Assembly (NCBI RefSeq): GCF_009914755.1
Contig: NC_060930.1
Origin: the human T2T-CHM13v2.0 reference genome, Homo sapiens
Reading direction: 5' to 3' (one strand)
Length of the DNA stretch: 64,000 bases
Both the position numbers and the translations under genes were made by a program. Below, one piece after another: positions 56,510-64,000 of the stretch (position 1 is the first letter of the stretch; each line of letters begins with the position of its first letter). The notes beneath the pieces were generated by a model. That model did not search any database. It had not been told where the DNA came from and saw only the letters and a program-made list of their open reading frames with translations.

Positions 56510-59500
56510 CATATTATTATTTTATAGCTGAATATTAGTTTATGAGACTATCAAAACAAATATCACAGCAAGCTCTTTTATACCATTACAGTTTGGATTA
56601 TAGTAGCATTGAAGCCTCAAAATTCTTGTATGTATGCAAAATCAAAATCTCATCTTGATTCTTCATATCAGTACAAGGAGGCACAATGTAGATATCCCAA
56701 AAAAGCAATTTTTTTCATGATTATCTTTGAAATAAATCTTTGTAAATATCTACAGTTAATGAATCCAAGCCTGCTTAGAGGGTTTTTATTCCCCTCCCAT
56801 TTTTTACTCTAGCCCATCCTCCTCTTGAAATTCAGCCTTCTTAGGAAAGTCAAGTCACCTCACCAAAAAACAGGGCTCCAATCCAAATTTTTTTCTTCGG
56901 AGGATAGTTAAGCTTATGGCTTTTTAATGCTGTGCCTGCTGTCAAGCAGTTGTAGGTACACAGGGAACATACCAACATGCCAACAAAAGAGGCCAATCAG
57001 TAGAAAATTTGTTTATTTGGAAATAATGTTTGCTTGGTTTGAAGTAGAAAGCCTATATGAGAGCTAGGGCTTGTTTTTGGTTTTTCCTTATTATATTTTG
57101 AACATGCTAAGAAAAAGGAGAAATAATATTTTAAAGTCTTAAAATGCAGTTGCACATATTGATAGTTAGGAAGGCAATATATTGTCATAGATGATTCAAC
57201 AGGGTTCTGAAGACTGGAGACCAATTATTAACTCTGGCTCACTTGCTCTATGCTTTGTTCTGGTCCCAACTGCCTCAAGTCTGAGTTTAGTTATGAAATA
57301 AACAGTGTCATCTTCACAATCTCTAAGAGTCTCCCTAACTCTAAAATGTCCTCGATTAATTTACTAAAAGGGTCTTCATTAAAAACAATTAGCATTACTG
57401 GGAATGAAAAAACTGAAATTCCAGTTTTTATATTGAGGGGCAACCAAATGATTTAAGGCATCTTTCTGTTTTTTTTTTCTTTTTTTTCTTTTTGAAACAT
57501 AATTGTAGTCTCTCATTTACTACATAACAGTTTTCATTACACTTACCAAAATTGATTGTTAATGAGAGAATTTCTTCACATTACACAAAGTGTAAAAGTT
57601 GACTATTTTAAGTGAGACTCACAAATGGCTGATGTGATTGTAAGAACATCTTATGTGGTAAAAATAAATTATTTTCTCCAAATGCTCATGTGATTAAACT
57701 AAATGTTGTAGTAAATGAGCATTATAGAAACAAGACATTCTATTTCTAGAAATAGATTTTTAAAAAAATCTGCAAGAGTCAAACAGCTGTTGCTTATCTG
57801 AAGTAATTAATTATAAAGATTTAAGGTAGACTTTCTTTTTTAATAAATAACATACGAAGACTATAAGAGTTTCCCTATTATGTAGCTATATTTTTGTCCA
57901 ACAACGTAATATTTTTATACAAAATCTCCCTTGACTGTTCTTTTTGTAATCATAATACTAAAACCTAGTTCCTTTTTCTTTTACTAGCAAATCTTACATA
58001 TTTACATAGGGATGGTTTGTCCTGGATATACTAAAATTTGACAAATAGGATTCAAATGGATTTTTCTGAACAGAGAAATCTTCACAATCAAAGAAAGAGC
58101 AACATAATACGGTTTCTTCAGTAAGGCTCAACTCAGTTCAAGATAATCATATCAATATGTTACAAATTGAATACTCTTCCTGCTTCAGTGAGAAAAACCA
58201 CAAAATATATAAAGGCCTCAGTGCTGATGACATTTTGGTTTAAATTATTTTCTTTTGTAGACCATGTGTGTCCCTTCTCCTGACAGACTACAGATCCCAT
58301 GAAGGCTATTATGTCCTTAGATTTGCCTTGTTAAGGGTGAGTGGTATAACTATAAGAGTTTGCACAGCTAAGTTGGTAGGTGGTATATTTATTTAATTGT
58401 TTACCACTTGACTGTGAGCCAGCTTTAGCAGAACAAAAGCCTGGTATGAGTGTATATTCAAGTCTATCATAATTTATGGGTGTCTCAATTTGCTGCAGCC
58501 ATATCAGCTGGCTGAATCATGCCACAGTGACCCAGGAATGCCTAGGTCTTTGCATGTGGCTTATTCATGTCCAGTAATAACCAACAAATCTTACTACTGC
58601 ACGGGCCTCTCAGTATTTGTTTGTTATATGCATAATTGAGTTACTCTAGTTACCATACACATGTATAAATCACAGCAATATTATTTAATTATGTAAAATT
58701 AAATATCAAGTATATGTGATGTTGCTTCTGAATTAACTGAATTAAATCTGTATGTAAATAGGGCTTCCTTTTAAAAATATTTGAGAGTACAGCAGGCATC
58801 ACAGATATTGATTTTTCTGTCTTTTTTTCCCTCCTTCGACAGACTTATTCATAAAATCTGTTTGTTTTTTTATCTATTCCGCAGACTCTTAAAATATATA
58901 AACAATTTTTGAGCTCATGGTTTGGGCCCAGATTCATAGGAGATGTTTAGGGTGCTATACTAGTGAACTGGTGATAAATAAATAAACCAACAAATATTAG
59001 TAATACATTAACAGATAATTATGGTGTCGGTACTCCCAGGATAGGGGATGTGTCATGGCCTCAGTACCTAGCACAGAGTAGGAACAATAACTATTTGCTA
59101 TTTATTTATTGTAAATCAGTAAGTATTTGTTGAATAAATGATTTCCCTCAATGCAGATGGCTAGTTTTAAATGGTCATAAAATGAATGATTAAAGTAAAA
59201 CTTTAAGGGTGAATTAAGCACCATAAGCTTCTTAAATGGCAGTTAAAGGAGTACTTATATTAGGTTATTTTGATGCTTAACAAAGCCAGTACTTGAAAAT
59301 GAGTAAAAGGGATTTACTAGTAAAGAAGCAGGTAGAATCCTGACGTTCGTGTTAAATATCGTTGAACTTGGAAAAGTCTTTTTTTTTTTTTTTCTAAGTC
59401 CAATTGGAATTTGAAAAGGAGGAAGTTTTGGGGGATGATATTACGGACACATGAACATTTCAGGCCTATAAATAATTGTTCATAATGGAGGATTGAAATT

Positions 59501-60239
59501 ATTGCCTTTGTGGTTTTTAGAAATTGTCTTATTAATGAAGGAGAGTAATGACTGGTTTCCATTAAGAATGTCTTTAACAAAACTGTCAACACTTTTAAAT
59601 AATAGCTACCCAGCCATTTGCTTAGCTGTTTTTGTGTATTTGGTTCATATAGAAACATGTAAGCATATTTCCGAAGCTAATGAGAGGAAGGATGTGCTAT
59701 AGAAAACTAGATTAGTTAGAGGCCTACATCATTCTAGAAGAGGAAAACTGAAGAAACAGTCAAATATAACTTCTTTCCTGACACTGCCTGATTACGTTGT
59801 GGCCCTCATTCACACAGCATATGAAAAATGTTAGCCCCTGGTACTAACATTTAGAAATGACAATCCAGTGGAAATTACAACTTACACAGGAAGAAGATGA
59901 AATGCTCATCATTCCTCTACTAAATTGTTTTTTCCTATAGAAAGTTTTCCTTCTCGGAATGTGTTATGCCACAAAGCATCCACCTCCATAGCAAGCAGTC
60001 TTGAGTTGATGGATTCCTTATAGGTAATCATGTGGTCTGTGGATACTTCTGGTTGTAATTTCTTACAGAGCTCTCCCACTTCTATTATTTTCTCATAACT
60101 GTAATCTAGACTTGGAACCTCTTTCAGCAGAATGACTGAAAGTTCATGAGCCTACTTTCCTATCCAAATGGATTTCCTGTAACCAATTTCCAGTTTCAGC
60201 TAGAGCCATGCTCTCTGCTTAATTTCTCAATTGTAATTT

Positions 60240-61275
60240 TTTCTCTAAAATTTATATTGAGGTATAACATATGCATCAAAGTGCACAACTCATAACTCTA
60301 CGTATTTTTTTTAACTAAGTAAACACCTTAGTGAACATGCCCTATATGGAAATAGAACATTAGTAGCTAAGCAAACATTTTTTTTTTTTTAAATTAACAC
60401 TCCCTGAGAGCTTGAGAGTTCTAGCTGCTCCATGTCTTTCCTAACATTTGGTGTTGTCAGCATCTCCGCCTCCAGTTTAGCCATTCAGGTGTGTGTATTG
60501 GTACCTAATTGGAGTTTTAATTTACATGCTTCTGGTGACTAATGAGATTATGGGCCTTTTCCTATGTGTATTGCCCTCTTCTCAAAGGGTCTCTCCAACT
60601 CTTTTGCCTATTTCTTAACGGAAGTCATGACTTTGAATAACTAAATTTTTAGAATTCTTTTATATATTCTGGATAATTGAGCTTTATCATTTATGTGTTG
60701 CAAACATCTCCTCCGACTGTGTTGCTTGCTTTTTTCTTCATTTAATGATGTCTTTTGATAAACAAAAGTTCTTAATCATTATTTTTTTTGTCCTTTCTGG
60801 TTCATCCATATTGTGCTCTTAACATAAAATTTAGGAAGTTTTGGCCTACTCAAAAATCTAAACAGTATATATATATATTTTTTTCTATATTCTACATTAC
60901 CAATAATGTCATTGGAACATAATGACTGTTTTATTTTTTGTTTCAAATTCTTATGACTTCTTTTTTACTTTTTTTCACTGTCCTCCAACATGCTAAATAG
61001 AAGTACAGTGGATATGCTTGCCTCATTGTATATCTCAGAGTAAAATTTTCAGTATCTGATCCGTAAGTGTGAATTTCACTAGCAATTCTTTTTAAAAACT
61101 CTGTATGACATAAATTTTTCCCTTTGATTACTTATTTACATTAGTTATTAAATTTTATCAAAAATATTTACGCATATATTGAAATAAACTTGATTTTTCT
61201 CCTTTGTATATTAAATTACATTGATTTGTAAATCTTAATCCAATCTTGCATTCTTGGATGAAAGCCCACTGATTT
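60240..61275 (-). mobile_element. Old L1 (L1ME-type) fragments
   Basis: 'tatattgaggtataacata...aaagtgcac' and 'tatatattctggata...tgttgcaaacatctcctcc'. Confidence 0.65.
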
Positions 61276-62303
61276 TTTTTTAATTTCTTCATGAGAAAGA
61301 TTCACATGAGAATTGTGGAGCTTCTAGATGGCATTTTCTTCAAGAGTTTCCTTTCATTCACTAGCAGACAACTAGAGTAAGAACAGATCACTTTACTCCA
61401 ATTAATGACAGACAGGAGCCATGTATGGGTTTGAGTTTTTGTGATATTTGACTTATTTTGGCTTCTCTTCCTTCCTGAAATGCAGCTTAGGAGTGCCTCA
61501 GAACAGAGCAAACCTTCCCCACAGCATCTCCAGGGAAGTGATAAAATTCCAAAGAAAAAATTAGATATGTTCAGACAGGTCCACCAAAGATTTTATGAAT
61601 AAAATATAGCATAAAATAGCAGAGAATTACAGGCCCTAAGAGTATTCTTTTTCTTTATAATCATTTTAAAGAATATGTGTGTTATTGGAACCTTTGTAAT
61701 TTGTAAATTGCAAGAGGTTTGCAATTATTACTGTAACCTATATGTTTCTCTGTAGTAAAGGGTATCCTAAAGAAAACCTTTAAAAATGAGGTGAAGGGAA
61801 AGCTTCATCTGCTGATGGTTTGGGAAGACAAAGAGTGGGAAGGTGGGAAGGAAGGATCCCCTCACTACAGCCAGCCAGTATCCATGGGACATGGTAGGGG
61901 AATTGAATTTATCAGGGGCTTAGAGTTTGCTTGTAGAAATGAGAAGAGTCTTCCCAGGGCTCAGAAGAGTCTTGGGGCTCAGCAGCTCTCCAGACTTGGG
62001 ACTTGTTCACATAACACAATCCTCAGCAGAGAAGCCACACATTTAAAATAGAGAGTGACATTTCCTCCTGAGAGATTTGTAATAACAACTTTCTTACATA
62101 GAACTACACATAATCCAGACAATTCTGAATGCAATAGATTTTGTTAATTCAAATTGCATAGGAAAGCAATTCTACCTGGGTATCATATTATATATAATAT
62201 AAATTATTTTTATTTGTATGAATTAGTCTAGCAAAATGTATAAGGAAGGTGTTTGATAAACTATTGACATATTTTAGGGAAATTTTTCTTCCTATAATAT
62301 CTT

Positions 62304-62464
62304 GAGGGAGAGCATCAGGAAAAATAGCTAATGAATGCTGGGCTTAACACCTAGGTGATGGGTTGATCTGTGCAGAAAACCATCATAGCACACGTTTACC
62401 TATGTAACAAACCCAAACCTGTACATATACCTTGGAGCTTAAAATAAAAGTTGAAGAAAGAAAA
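62304..62464 (+). mobile_element. L1PA (L1PA13-16-like) 3' end fragment
   Basis: 'gagagcatcaggaaaaatagctaatg...ctaggtgatgggttgatctgtgcag...aataaaagttgaag'. Confidence 0.8.
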
Positions 62465-62511
62465 CTTCTAATTTTACAGTCAGGCTGTATTTTTATGGTC
62501 TAATTTATTAG

Positions 62512-62917
62512 GTGTTCTGGTCCTTTTTGTACTGCTATAACACAATAATGAGACTGGTTTATTTATAATGAGCAGATATTTATTAGCTCACAGTTCTGGA
62601 GGCTGGGAACTCAAATATGAAGACACTGGCAGGTTTGATGTCTGGTAAGGACCTGGTCTTGGCTCTTAAGATGGCACTTGAATATTTTATTCTCCAGAGG
62701 AGAGAAACTCTGTTCCTCATATAGCAGAAAAGTAGGGGAGGTAGGAGAGAAAGCCCAATCCCTAAAGCCCTTGTATTAAAGCAATAAACCTACCCATGAG
62801 AGTAGAGGCTTTATGGCCTAAATTGCCTCTCAACAGATCCATCCCCCAATACTCAAAATACGCATTGAAATAAATTTCATGTGTGTTTTGGAAGGGACAA
62901 ACATTCAAACCACAGGA
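62512..62917 (-). mobile_element. MST-like MaLR LTR
   Basis: 'ctgctataacac...gctcacagttctggaggctgggaa...gggacaaacattcaaaccac'. Confidence 0.8.
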
Positions 62918-63379
62918 TCAGGTTATGAAATTTTCAATGCCATTTTTGTTTCCTTCTTTTTAACACCTACTACTTTAGAATTCTTGCTAGTGAGATTGTC
63001 ACAGAAAATAGAAAAAGTAAAACTTTTGACTCAGTATCTTGGAAGAAAATACGAAATTGCTTCTTTGGGTTTTATTTGTTACTATGTGAAATCCCGTTAG
63101 ATGGAAATGCCTCTTCTGTTGGCATCTGCAACTTAACTTTCTACCTGTCTGACTACTTCTCAGGGGTCTCCTTCAAGAAGACATCAGTCACTTACTAAAG
63201 GCATCTGCTCCCTTGAGAATCTATCATCTTCCTGGGTTGATGCTTTTACTATCTGTACATCTTTGCTCTTGGGGCAGCCTCAAATAGCTAAATGACAACC
63301 AGATGCCTTTTTTTCAGAAGTTTTGCAAACATCTCAAAGTTCATATTTCTGAATCAATATTTATCTTGCCTTAAACCTG

Positions 63380-63411
<32 letters not shown>

Positions 63412-63440
63412 CCTACCACCTATCTCCATATCTATCTATG
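63380..63440. repeat. (TCTA)n microsatellite within an L2 remnant
   Basis: Direct reading; flanks resemble L2 ('ctagagtgacctttttaaacattcaaatctgaccat'). Confidence 0.85.
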
Positions 63441-64000
63441 ATCTGTCATATCTCTTTCCTCTTCTTCCCCATTGTGAATATCTAAGTTTATAAGTCATTA
63501 CCTGTCAAGTGGATTATTCTTACAGTTTTTCCAACTGCTTTTTTCGCTGCTTTCATTCTGGACTTCCCTATAACTCATCCTCCAAGCTGCTCCTAGAGTG
63601 ACCTTTTTAAACATTCAAATCTGACCATATTGTCAGATACTTTAAAATCCTTCAGTGATTCCCTGTAGCTTTCAGGACAATATTGAAATGCCATTGCTTA
63701 ACATATTATGTCATTTGTTATTTCGGCAATTGCTCGCTTGCGTGCCACTTCTTTGTTTGGGTGTTCAAAAAAGCCCACTCTCCCCAGCCCTTATGTCATT
63801 AAATAATACCTACTAATTTCCCCAAATTGAGCATTAGTTTTCCATGGTCACCTATTTAGATTTAGAAGTCTTTCCTCAGAGCAGCTTATCAAAAACTCAA
63901 TTAGAACAATTACCACAGTTAGTTATACGCAGGGATTTCTTTTTCTCTTAAATTAAGCCTTAACAACATTGAAGACAGTGAATTTTTCCTTATTTGACAC

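Noticed and set aside
57739-57756. 18-bp palindrome TCTATTTCTAGAAATAGA
   Set aside because: AT-rich and isolated; plausible by chance.

Overview
Human (primate) intergenic DNA. It is AT-rich, about half recognisable transposon debris, and has no intact protein-coding gene; the AluYa5 and AluYb8 copies point to human. Three things stand out. (1) At ~1.7-2.3 kb there is a decayed PIF/Harbinger-type DDE transposase (HARBI1-like motifs) that still carries a clean 75-nt GT-AG intron splitting the LLG^DSGYP motif. (2) A processed ATF1 pseudogene lies on the minus strand (36.7-46.7 kb, probably ATF1P1). It contains two extra in-frame segments at apparent exon junctions that are absent from canonical ATF1: a 120-nt CREB/CREM Q1-like segment, and an 87-nt stop-containing segment just before the bZIP, reminiscent of CREB exon W. 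(3) That retrocopy sits in a multi-layer nest (CR1/L3 > L1MA > ATF1 retrocopy > L1PA8A > antisense L1 fragment, plus AluYb8). The window also has atypical 3'-truncated, TSD-flanked L1s and a probable gene-conversion tract between two L1s. Subfamily names and reference protein comparisons are from memory of consensus sequences, not from searches.
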